In this document: piece after piece, positions 9,490 through 17,812 of the stretch
Position numbering within the stretch: position 1 is the first letter of the stretch
How the letters are laid out: each line of letters starts with the position of its first letter
DNA from: Euryarchaeota archaeon UBA463
GTDB lineage: Archaea > Thermoplasmatota > Poseidoniia > Poseidoniales > Thalassarchaeaceae
Assembly (NCBI GenBank): GCA_002501805.1
Contig: DAOI01000008.1
Coordinates: 31,420-95,419, forward strand
Length of the DNA stretch: 64,000 bases
Direction of reading: 5' to 3'
Position numbers and translations under genes: made by a program
The notes under the pieces: generated by a model
Told to the model about the DNA's origin: nothing
Database searches by the model: none
The model's input: the letters and a program-made list of their open reading frames with translations, nothing else

Positions 9490-12400
9490 CAGTAGTCATC
9501 CTCCATTTTGACTGCGCATATACTACTCACCGGGCAGTATCTGCATGCTGATTTGGATGGAGTTGGGTGTACTCTGCCTTCCACGGCCCCATGAGCAACC
9601 CCTAATGCAACTGAAAGTCGCTGGGCCATCCATGCTCTGAAGGGATCGCTCTTGGGATCGGTTGATTCGTCTGGGAATCTATGCAATCTGCTGGTCAGAG
9701 AAGTGGTCGTGCCTACTGACAGTGATTCTAATTCTGATCGATGGTTGCCTGAAGGCTCAACGAGATGTTCTGTAGAATGGCCAATGGTTGAGATACCAGC
9801 CCCTACAACCAAGTCTCCTGGGTGGTTGATCTCCCATGCTCTGGAATAAATTGCTAGTTGAAGTTCGTTGAGAAGGCCTTCCTTATTCCTATCTGAAGGC
9901 TTTTTCTCTGAGGTCTTCAAATCTCTGATAATTACTCTTCTACGAGGTTTCCAATCATTCGTTTCGAAGAGTCTTAGTGGAGCTATCTCATTTGATCCGC
10001 CATCGTCTAGCCATTCATTGCCTTCTTTATCGAATGGAATTATATCTACCCTGTCTATCTTCCCATTGATCATTATGGAAGGCAATTCTATCTGATTCGG
10101 ACTGGTTTCATTTTGATTCAGAGAAATTTCTGAACCTGTCTCTGAACCATTAGAAATTTCCCATTCCAAAGCAATGGGCATTGAGTCTGAAAGTTGCATT
10201 TCTGATCTTATCATAGCTCCTATTCTACCTCCTAGCGGAGCTTTGACTGGGTTGGCTAGCCAATCTTTCCATTCACTGTGTGACATTCCGGTGAGCATTC
10301 TGAGTCTGAAGGTGGAAACACCATCGGATCGTTCCAGCCATGGTGCAAGTTTGTCGAGGATTTCGAGGGCTTTCTGCATAATCTCTTGCTCTTCTAATCC
10401 CGAATCGGCTAGATTGGTAGGAAAATGCCCATCTAGAGCTCCTGATATGTCCCTTTCCACTTGCTCTTGCATGCCTAGGACCTCACAAATAAGATCGTGA
10501 TGTACCTGGTGAAGGAGGTCCCCATGGATTCTCGGATCAAGATCTTCGCTCTGTGTCTCTTCGTCTCTAATTCTGAGTCCTCTGGATAGCCATCCTCTTC
10601 GAGGGCATTTAGCCCATTCTTGTAGCCTGCTTGGCGACCATAGTTGTATTTCTTGATTGGCGCCATCTGAGTGGCCATGTCTGCTATCCGATACGACTGA
10701 CCCGGACGGTAGTGGAGTAAATGGCCGGGGGTCAATGGTTACGGAGTTCTTTCCGTCGCTACTGGTGGCTCCGATGACTGGCCATCTAGTAGAATTACGA
10801 GGATTGTCTACTCCCTCTGGAGTCTTCCTAGTCAAATCGTCGTAGTCGAACAAAATAACCCTGTTTCTATATTCGGCGGGAAGGTATCCTTCCGAGTCCG
10901 CCTTGCTAGGTTGCCTTCTCTCCCTATCCCTCTGAAGCTCTACATCGAGGGGAATGGTAATCGCACTGGGATTAAGGGGAGGATTGCTTGAATTCTTCAT
11001 GTTTCGAAGGAGTACTCCATCAAGTTGCTTAATGTCCCTGGGGCCAAGATTCTCCTCGGAGTTTGGATCGAAATGGACTGGTGGGGTACAGTAATCCAGA
11101 ATTTCCTCCAAGGGAGGTGCCAGAGGTGTGGACTTATCCAAGCTGGGATCTATCAAAATCACTTTACTACAGCAATTGAGAATATGATAGATGTGATGAC
11201 GGGCCCTAGTGATAGGGACGTCTGGTCTCAGAAGCTCGAACTTGTGTCTCTCCATTTCTCCTATGAAGGGTATTTTCGGCGACCTGAGATTCCAAGAGGG
11301 TGCTGATGTATTGGCGAGTATAGCTATGTCTGAGTTGCAACCGAGAGCGTCTTTTGGTGCCATGACTTTTAGTCTGGAGCTGATACCTGATATCGGAACC
11401 GGAAGAGAAGCGGTCTTGAGTATAGATGATAGCTCTGATACCCATTCTGAGCCTCCTGTAGGATGAGGCTGTCCGACTGAGCTTTGCAGTGACCTCAAGG
11501 ACTCGTGCTCAGTTGTTATTGCATTTATGATGGAAGATATCGGTATTGTGTTTCCATCGAGTGAATCCACTGACATGGCAGTGTCTATTTGTTGAACAGT
11601 TCTAACGAGCCACTCATCCCCGGTAGATGGCGAGTTGGGCACTTCGAGAAGTTTTCCTGAGTGGCATCCAGTGAGAAGTCTTTGATCGGACAGAAGTGCT
11701 CTATCTGTCTTTTCTAGAAGTGGGAGTATTGACGACGCGAGTGCGATCATCCACCACTGAGTTGATTCTCGTGAGGGGCCCTTTTCGTCTTTCTTGGAGG
11801 GCCTGCATAGAGCCTCCATCCATCTCTCTAAAGCTCCTGGACCTCCTAGAATATGCTCTGACCTTGCAATTTGAGAAAGGAGCTCGATGTCAGGACGAGG
11901 CGCTATGCCACTGGTGCTGTCCTCGTTGTGGAAAGGAGAAAACGAGGAGAGTGATTCCTGTACAGCCAACAGTCTTAGCTTCTCCATTGAGAAAGAATTC
12001 GAGCCGTTACCGATGTTAGCCAACTCATGTAACCAGTGACCTAATGGAGAATATGTGATGGGATTCTTTAGTCCCGATATGGGCAGTCCCAAATCATGTA
12101 TGATTTTGTTCCATCTGGATTGATTTTCTTCAAATGATGGATCGATGATTAAGACTGTTGAATTCGGTTCCTCGGATAGAAAGCCTCTGGCAATTGAAAT
12201 AGAAGCCTCGAAAGACTGTTCCTCTCTATTAACAAAAACCCTGTCGACAGTTGGGGCATCTTTGTGATTGGATATATCGTGTCTGGGAATCCATTTTGGC
12301 AAATCATCTGGATCGGTTATCGGAAAATCATCCACCAGTTGAAACCCGTGAAATCCTAATCTATAACTCCCAGGGTATGTCAATTGATGAATGGGGCGAA

Positions 12401-13094
12401 TTTTAGAAAGGGCGCTGAGTAGTTCCTGATCTGACTTGTTGATTGGGGAGGCATGATCAAGAATGATAATGCCATCAATATCCAGTAGTGTGAAAGGAGT
12501 TTCAACGAGTTCAATACCTTCCAGTATCTTAGAGGTTAGAAAGTCGGGATGAGTACCTCCCGTCTTCGATTCAATGTCTCTTAGAATCTCTATGAAAGAG
12601 TGTATTCCTGGACCGTCCCATGAGTCTGCAGAGGATTCTTTTGACAGGAAAGTGTGTAGCTCTGAGAGAGCGGTGGTCTTCCCCTCCCCCCAATGCATAT
12701 TAGGCAGTGGATTGATGAGGGGGAAGGAAAGATTGGATGCTCTTTCTGAGCAGAAATTATGCAGTACCAAGTCAAAGGAAGGTCCCAAAGAAATCTTTCT
12801 CGGAATCCTTAGGTCCGCCATTAGGGAGGACTTGAGTGACTCCAGAGTGTGGTGGAGTGTCCTGTCGAAAGCGAAACCAATATCGCTGAGCATAGACATC
12901 TGTTGTCTTCTGCTGTTCTCATTAGCGTATATTGTGAGGATTTTCGAAGGGCCCCCATTGGAAATAGGTCGAGGATCTATTGCCTGATTGACGAAATGAT
13001 CGAAGAGCCAGTTCGGAATTGTTCCAACTGGAGTCTCTTCAATTGTAATTGAGTCCTCATTCGACTTCATCGAGTCCCTCCTAGAATCAGCCAT
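9489..13094 (-). CDS. addB: AddB-like partner: degenerate helicase body plus Fe-S PD-(D/E)XK nuclease
   Basis: SPSRLQEWAKCP, GDLLH, GKIDRVD, DLKT, QLAIY, CRYCPVSSIC. TGATG overlap with addA. Confidence 0.82.
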   Translation of the reverse strand: MADSRRDSMKSNEDSITIEETPVGTIPNWLFDHFVNQAIDPRPISNGGPSKILTIYANENSRRQQMSMLSDIGFAFDRTLHHTLESLKSSLMADLRIPRKISLGPSFDLVLHNFCSERASNLSFPLINPLPNMHWGEGKTTALSELHTFLSKESSADSWDGPGIHSFIEILRDIESKTGGTHPDFLTSKILEGIELVETPFTLLDIDGIIILDHASPINKSDQELLSALSKIRPIHQLTYPGSYRLGFHGFQLVDDFPITDPDDLPKWIPRHDISNHKDAPTVDRVFVNREEQSFEASISIARGFLSEEPNSTVLIIDPSFEENQSRWNKIIHDLGLPISGLKNPITYSPLGHWLHELANIGNGSNSFSMEKLRLLAVQESLSSFSPFHNEDSTSGIAPRPDIELLSQIARSEHILGGPGALERWMEALCRPSKKDEKGPSRESTQWWMIALASSILPLLEKTDRALLSDQRLLTGCHSGKLLEVPNSPSTGDEWLVRTVQQIDTAMSVDSLDGNTIPISSIINAITTEHESLRSLQSSVGQPHPTGGSEWVSELSSILKTASLPVPISGISSRLKVMAPKDALGCNSDIAILANTSAPSWNLRSPKIPFIGEMERHKFELLRPDVPITRARHHIYHILNCCSKVILIDPSLDKSTPLAPPLEEILDYCTPPVHFDPNSEENLGPRDIKQLDGVLLRNMKNSSNPPLNPSAITIPLDVELQRDRERRQPSKADSEGYLPAEYRNRVILFDYDDLTRKTPEGVDNPRNSTRWPVIGATSSDGKNSVTIDPRPFTPLPSGSVVSDSRHGHSDGANQEIQLWSPSRLQEWAKCPRRGWLSRGLRIRDEETQSEDLDPRIHGDLLHQVHHDLICEVLGMQEQVERDISGALDGHFPTNLADSGLEEQEIMQKALEILDKLAPWLERSDGVSTFRLRMLTGMSHSEWKDWLANPVKAPLGGRIGAMIRSEMQLSDSMPIALEWEISNGSETGSEISLNQNETSPNQIELPSIMINGKIDRVDIIPFDKEGNEWLDDGGSNEIAPLRLFETNDWKPRRRVIIRDLKTSEKKPSDRNKEGLLNELQLAIYSRAWEINHPGDLVVGAGISTIGHSTEHLVEPSGNHRSELESLSVGTTTSLTSRLHRFPDESTDPKSDPFRAWMAQRLSVALGVAHGAVEGRVHPTPSKSACRYCPVSSICAVKMEDDY

Positions 13095-13135
13095 GGACGG
13101 CGGGGGTTATTCAACCCAACTGAGAGAAATGGTAT

Positions 13136-14077
13136 TTAGGACAGTCTAGGACCTCTAACGTAAGCCATAGCAACCAATGATGTTAGCAGATAGGCTATGC
13201 TCGGAGGCGGAAGGGGAGATTCAGACGGAGAGCTATCAACAAGCCAATCGACCAGTATTGCTACTTTCAGGTCGTCTCCATCCCATAGCGACGGGAGGGG
13301 GACTTCTAATGTCCCTGATGAGTACTGACTAGAGTCCAGTGAAAGTGCCTCAAGAAGAACGTGTTCATATGTCTCTAATCCATTCGATCCATCTGGAAAA
13401 TATGCCTCCTCTTCTATTAGAAGAATCCATGGTTCTAAGATATACTCTTCTTGTGTGACAATAGCTAGCGAGGAAATGTCCCAATCAAAATTAATGAAGT
13501 CCCCTGTCTGGTTTAGATTGAGTATTATATTTCCATTGAGGGGGCCGGTTGCTCCCATGGATAGGGAGGCAGTGTAATCGTCCATCAAAGAGTCTGAGTT
13601 GGACCTAGAACCGTAATGCATCCTCTCACCATCAACAACCTTTGTGGGCGCTAGTCGGGGTGCCCCCCCATTGAGGGTCACAGCGTGACCATAGATGTTC
13701 GTCCATCGCTCTTCGGTACTATTACTACCGAAAGGGTCACGTGGCTCAAACCAATGTCTATGATAGTGAATTAGTTCTACATTTGAGTCTCCTATGGCCT
13801 CGTTCATTATACCCTGCGTAGTTACGCAGTTAGTACACCATGTAGCTGTGTATATCTCAATTAAACTCGGCATTTCATCTACATTGTAGGAGTGTGTTTC
13901 TTCAGTATCATTATTCGAGGAGAGGTTCCAATGCACTGTGAAACCGATCGTTCCACCGTCTACTTGGACACCATCGGAGTCATACCTAGCATGGTCCCAG
14001 AACTGTTCTGTGGCGGCACTGGCCTGTAATGGAAGAAGAATCACTATCGTCATCATTACTGCCAAGATAACTCTCAT
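13136..14077 (-). CDS. Secreted thioredoxin-fold CxxC protein (Omp28/DUF1223-like) with C-terminal membrane anchor
   Basis: Signal peptide ending QASA, IEIYTATWCTNC, PTKVVDG, Pro-rich linker plus terminal TM. Confidence 0.7.
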   Translation of the reverse strand: MRVILAVMMTIVILLPLQASAATEQFWDHARYDSDGVQVDGGTIGFTVHWNLSSNNDTEETHSYNVDEMPSLIEIYTATWCTNCVTTQGIMNEAIGDSNVELIHYHRHWFEPRDPFGSNSTEERWTNIYGHAVTLNGGAPRLAPTKVVDGERMHYGSRSNSDSLMDDYTASLSMGATGPLNGNIILNLNQTGDFINFDWDISSLAIVTQEEYILEPWILLIEEEAYFPDGSNGLETYEHVLLEALSLDSSQYSSGTLEVPLPSLWDGDDLKVAILVDWLVDSSPSESPLPPPSIAYLLTSLVAMAYVRGPRLS

Positions 14078-14113
14078 GATACTTGGCGGAAGATTGTATT
14101 ATTGAAGAGTTAC

Positions 14114-15187
14114 TCATAGTTGTGCTGAATCTAGGGCACTGATTGTCCTCTGTACATCATCGTCGGTTATGTGCAGGTGTGTTACTATTCTTATTGTAGA
14201 GCTGTCAATTGTAAGGGCTTGAATGCCCATCCTTTCCAATCTAGAGATTAGCTCCTCGGCCCCTCCCTTGTCACATTTAACATACACCATGTTTGTCTGT
14301 ACTTGTTCAAGATCGACTTCATAGGAATCCATTCTGTCAAGAGCTGTTGCTATCTCCATAGCCCTGTCATGATCTTCTGAGAGTCTGTCGATGTTGTTCT
14401 CCAGGGAGTATATCCCAGCGGCCGCCAGTACTCCTGCCTGCCTCATCCCCCCTCCGAACATTTTTCTCCACCTGTGTGCTTTGTAGAGGGTTTCGGTCGA
14501 ACCCACTAGTACACTTCCCACAGGAGCCCCAAGTCCCTTGCTGAGACATACCGAGATACTATCGTACTCCCTAGCCATTCTCCTGGGACTCAGTGAGCTG
14601 GATATTGAAGCGTTGAAAATCCTAGCTCCGTCTATGTGGGACCTGCAATTGTTTTCCCTGGCAATCTTGGCGATTCCATCCAGTTTTTCCTTGGAGTAGC
14701 AGGTCCCTCCTCCACGATTAGAGGTATTCTCCACACATACCATGCTTCCGTTAGGATAGTGTCCTAGGCTTCCGTCACCTTTCCTAATTGAGGCTTCCAC
14801 ATCAGCTGGATCCATTATGCCTCCCTCTCCTGGAACGAGAGCTATTGAGCACCCTGATAGAGCAGCATATCCACCTCCCTCGTAAACGTAAATATGGCTG
14901 TATCTCTCTGTTATGACCTCGTCTCCAGGCTCGGTCTGCGCCCTAATAGCAATCGCGTTCGACATAGTTCCCGATGGGACAAAGAGTGCCTCTTCCTTTC
15001 CGAAAATATCTGCTACCATCTCCTGGAGCTCAATAACGGTGGGGTCGTCACCCAATACATCATCACCCACAGATGCCTTAGCCATAGCCTCTCTCATCTC
15101 TGGAGTAGGCTGGGTGACAGTGTCGCTTCTCAGGTCCACCAGCTCGCTAGGATAGTGTCGCATAGGGGTCCCAGAAGGTGTTTGCAT
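14114..15187 (-). CDS. ltaE: Low-specificity L-threonine aldolase
   Basis: [47 protein letters not shown]. Confidence 0.93.
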   Translation of the reverse strand: MQTPSGTPMRHYPSELVDLRSDTVTQPTPEMREAMAKASVGDDVLGDDPTVIELQEMVADIFGKEEALFVPSGTMSNAIAIRAQTEPGDEVITERYSHIYVYEGGGYAALSGCSIALVPGEGGIMDPADVEASIRKGDGSLGHYPNGSMVCVENTSNRGGGTCYSKEKLDGIAKIARENNCRSHIDGARIFNASISSSLSPRRMAREYDSISVCLSKGLGAPVGSVLVGSTETLYKAHRWRKMFGGGMRQAGVLAAAGIYSLENNIDRLSEDHDRAMEIATALDRMDSYEVDLEQVQTNMVYVKCDKGGAEELISRLERMGIQALTIDSSTIRIVTHLHITDDDVQRTISALDSAQL

Positions 15188-15415
15188 ATCAAATGAGTAT
15201 GAAAGCGGTAATTTTCACATACAGTGCTACGCACTGAAAAAAAATTACATTTAAACTGGAGGAAACTAGATATTTTTCTGGATATCAGGTGTTTTCAACT
15301 ACACCGGCTATTATCAGAAACCTCAAAATTTGCTATTTTAAGCATTTTTTTTAGGTCTTAGTTATAAGATATGAGTCATGTGGGCAACCGCTCACTGAGT
15401 GAGGAGGAAAAAACA

Positions 15416-16054
15416 ATGGAAATGGATATGAACGCGATGAAAGAAGAGATTGGCGGTGCCTTCGTGGTAGCGTGGCTCGTGGTTGGCATGGGCTGGGGAA
15501 GCCTTGGTGCGGCTGTCGTTATGGCAGGTGTATGGATGGCATTCTCAGGTGCTCACGTACTACCGGTGATAACATGGATGCATATGATGACAGGAGATCT
15601 CAGTGACGCTGAGGGCAACTGGATGCCTAACGGTATGCGACTGCTAGCGCAGATCGTAGGAGCCCTATTGGCCATCCTAATGATGACCGAGATGGGAGCG
15701 ATAGAGTCGACATGGGATCAAGTACAACCAGGATTCGATGCACCTGATGCATGGGGGGCGATTACGATGGTAGCCGCTGGTGCTATCTTCTGGACAATAC
15801 ACACCAGAGCTGATTCAGCATGGGTGAGCGGTTTCGCCGTAATGGCTCTAGCTGGAATGATGGGGATGACCTACGATGTAATGGCTGGAGAAGTCGTTGC
15901 TGCTACAGTAAGTACGACCGGTGCCGGTGAAATGGCATCATCAATCGCTAGTTCAGGTCACGAGATTGCAGCAATTGCACAGGCCTGGATAGTTGACGGT
16001 CTTCTCTGCGGTCTTGGGGCACTAGTTGCTGTCAAGGTCGACGAGATGGTCTGA
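15416..16054 (+). CDS. Divergent MIP/aquaporin-fold membrane protein without NPA motifs
   Basis: EEIGGAF, SGAHVLPVIT (cf. SGxHxNPAVT), LLAQIVGALLA, six TM segments. GAGGAGG RBS at 15401. Confidence 0.65.
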   Translation: MEMDMNAMKEEIGGAFVVAWLVVGMGWGSLGAAVVMAGVWMAFSGAHVLPVITWMHMMTGDLSDAEGNWMPNGMRLLAQIVGALLAILMMTEMGAIESTWDQVQPGFDAPDAWGAITMVAAGAIFWTIHTRADSAWVSGFAVMALAGMMGMTYDVMAGEVVAATVSTTGAGEMASSIASSGHEIAAIAQAWIVDGLLCGLGALVAVKVDEMV

Positions 16055-16082
16055 AATCTATAACAGGACCAAGAAAACGTAA

Positions 16083-16114
16083 GGCGGGCTGGGGGGATTT
16101 CCTCCCAGTCTGCC
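16083..16114 (+). terminator. GC-rich hairpin between convergent genes
   Basis: GGCGGGCTGGGGGG-ATTT-CCTCCCAGTCTGCC pairs over 14 bp, with 3 G-U pairs, on the + transcript. Confidence 0.6.
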
Positions 16115-16139
16115 GATTATCAAAAATATCTCAATGAAT

Positions 16140-16484
16140 TCACTTCACTAGTGGAAGGCTACTAGTGATTGAGTCAATGTCACTTCTCTTACCCGGACCT
16201 AGACCAACCACAGTCACTGTTCCCGGGGGAATCTCGGTATGTCCAGCATCCTTCACCATGCAGGATATTATTCCGCTCTCCGCGGCTTCTCCATATATCC
16301 TCCTCAGCCCTTCTAGGTGAGGGGCAGAGACGACAATCTTCCTAGCGCCTTCTCTGAGATACCTGTCGAGCATTCTACTATCCTTGGAGCTTGCCTTGAG
16401 TACGCACTCTGATACTGCATGTCCACACTGTGCCGCCAGCTTCCCCTTGGTTAGATTTAGATCGGCCCTAGTGACTAGGACCAT
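16140..16484 (-). CDS. pth2: Peptidyl-tRNA hydrolase, archaeal Pth2
   Basis: GKLAAQCGHA, DAGHTEIPPGTVTVVGLGP. Confidence 0.95.
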   Translation of the reverse strand: MVLVTRADLNLTKGKLAAQCGHAVSECVLKASSKDSRMLDRYLREGARKIVVSAPHLEGLRRIYGEAAESGIISCMVKDAGHTEIPPGTVTVVGLGPGKRSDIDSITSSLPLVK

Positions 16485-16491
16485 GGTTAGC

Positions 16492-17142
16492 TCAGATGCT
16501 ACTCTTGACAGGGCTTACCACCACCTCTCTACTAGTAGAGTGCCTTGACATGATATCGGATATCGGCTCGGCCATCCACGCTGCGAAGGCGATATTGCCG
16601 ACGCCGTGGACCAAATCGAATGGTAGGCCCGCCAATATGTACACTGGAAGAGTCTCAAGAGGGAGGGTGTGCAATACGCTTGCTGAGACGACCCAGTCGA
16701 AAACGAAGGCTACAACGAATGAGACACTGGCCACTCTAGGAACGGAAATCTTGTCATCGACCCTGAGGCTCTGCGATAGCAAGGCACCCGTTACTCCAAC
16801 TAGTGACCATCCCAGTGCCTGGTAAAATGTCCAGAGGCCATGGCCCATTACCAGATTAGATGAGATTGCGATTATCGTGGCCACACTAATAGATCTTGTA
16901 GCCCCGTAATGAATTCCCACCAGAAGCACAACCACGGTAACCGGTTGCACGTTGGGGAGCGGTTCGAGGAGTATCCTTCCCGTGATTGCGAATATGGTCA
17001 TCAATGCGAGGATTGTCAGGTCACTTCCGGAATCTAGGGATTTCTCGGCCTTCCACATTGACCATGCCACTACTGCCAACAAGGAGAGATTGAGAACAAG
17101 TGTCTCGAAGGGGGAGAGAACTATTGCATGTGCGTCCAGCAT
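16492..17142 (-). CDS. ECF transporter S component, CbrT-like (possibly cobalamin)
   Basis: PLPNVQPVT, SNLVMGHGLWTFYQ, GLPFDLVHGVGN; 6-7 TMs. Confidence 0.75.
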   Translation of the reverse strand: MLDAHAIVLSPFETLVLNLSLLAVVAWSMWKAEKSLDSGSDLTILALMTIFAITGRILLEPLPNVQPVTVVVLLVGIHYGATRSISVATIIAISSNLVMGHGLWTFYQALGWSLVGVTGALLSQSLRVDDKISVPRVASVSFVVAFVFDWVVSASVLHTLPLETLPVYILAGLPFDLVHGVGNIAFAAWMAEPISDIMSRHSTSREVVVSPVKSSI

Positions 17143-17201
17143 TGTATCACTCTCCCAGTGATGAGAGGGCCAGTCTATTCATAATTCCGCTCATAAAGTA
17201 C

Positions 17202-17756
17202 TCACCATGTCTCTATATTCCAACTTATTACATCGCCCTCTTCCATCACCAAACTGCCAATTCCGACCACGGAGTACCGGCCATTATGGGTCAGGCTCCA
17301 GTATGCTCCGTTGAAATCGCCTTGGACCTCTTGATCGTTCAGGCCTCCAATAGTATGGACGAATTCCCCCCAGTTGGGGTTCACGGAGTACCCCACGGCC
17401 AAGTGCCCTCCGGCGACCCTTGTTGCGTCCATCATGAAATTCATCCCATCTGTGTAACCCTCGAACCCCCCAACGCAAGCGCCAGTTAGATTGAGGTCGT
17501 AATTGACTCCGATCATGGAACCATCAGCATTAATCATCGAAACCCCCGAAGAATATACAGGATGAGGATGTTCCACTGGGAAGTAAATGCATATCGCTTG
17601 GTTTTCATCCCATTCGTTTGGCAGTCCGACGTGAGATGACTCGCTATCACTTACGAATCTAGCAACCTCTTCGTTAACTGAGTCTGTGATGAAAGGTAGA
17701 AGGAGTAACACGGTATAAAGTAAGGCAATGGAACCTAGTCTAAGTTTATCCGACAT
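17202..17756 (-). CDS. Membrane-anchored DUF4430 (transcobalamin C-terminal-like beta-grasp) protein
   Basis: N-terminal TM; WGEFVHTIGG...YWSLTHNG....VGIGSLVMEEGDVISW. Confidence 0.7.
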   Translation of the reverse strand: MSDKLRLGSIALLYTVLLLLPFITDSVNEEVARFVSDSESSHVGLPNEWDENQAICIYFPVEHPHPVYSSGVSMINADGSMIGVNYDLNLTGACVGGFEGYTDGMNFMMDATRVAGGHLAVGYSVNPNWGEFVHTIGGLNDQEVQGDFNGAYWSLTHNGRYSVVGIGSLVMEEGDVISWNIETW

Positions 17757-17812
17757 GGAGTTATTTCCATGGTAATTGGGTCCTTAAATTTTGCAGTTAT
17801 TACATCCTAACT

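Noticed and set aside
17143..17812. Cobalamin riboswitch
   Set aside because: The intergenic gaps are only ~55-60 bp and no B12-box is recognisable.
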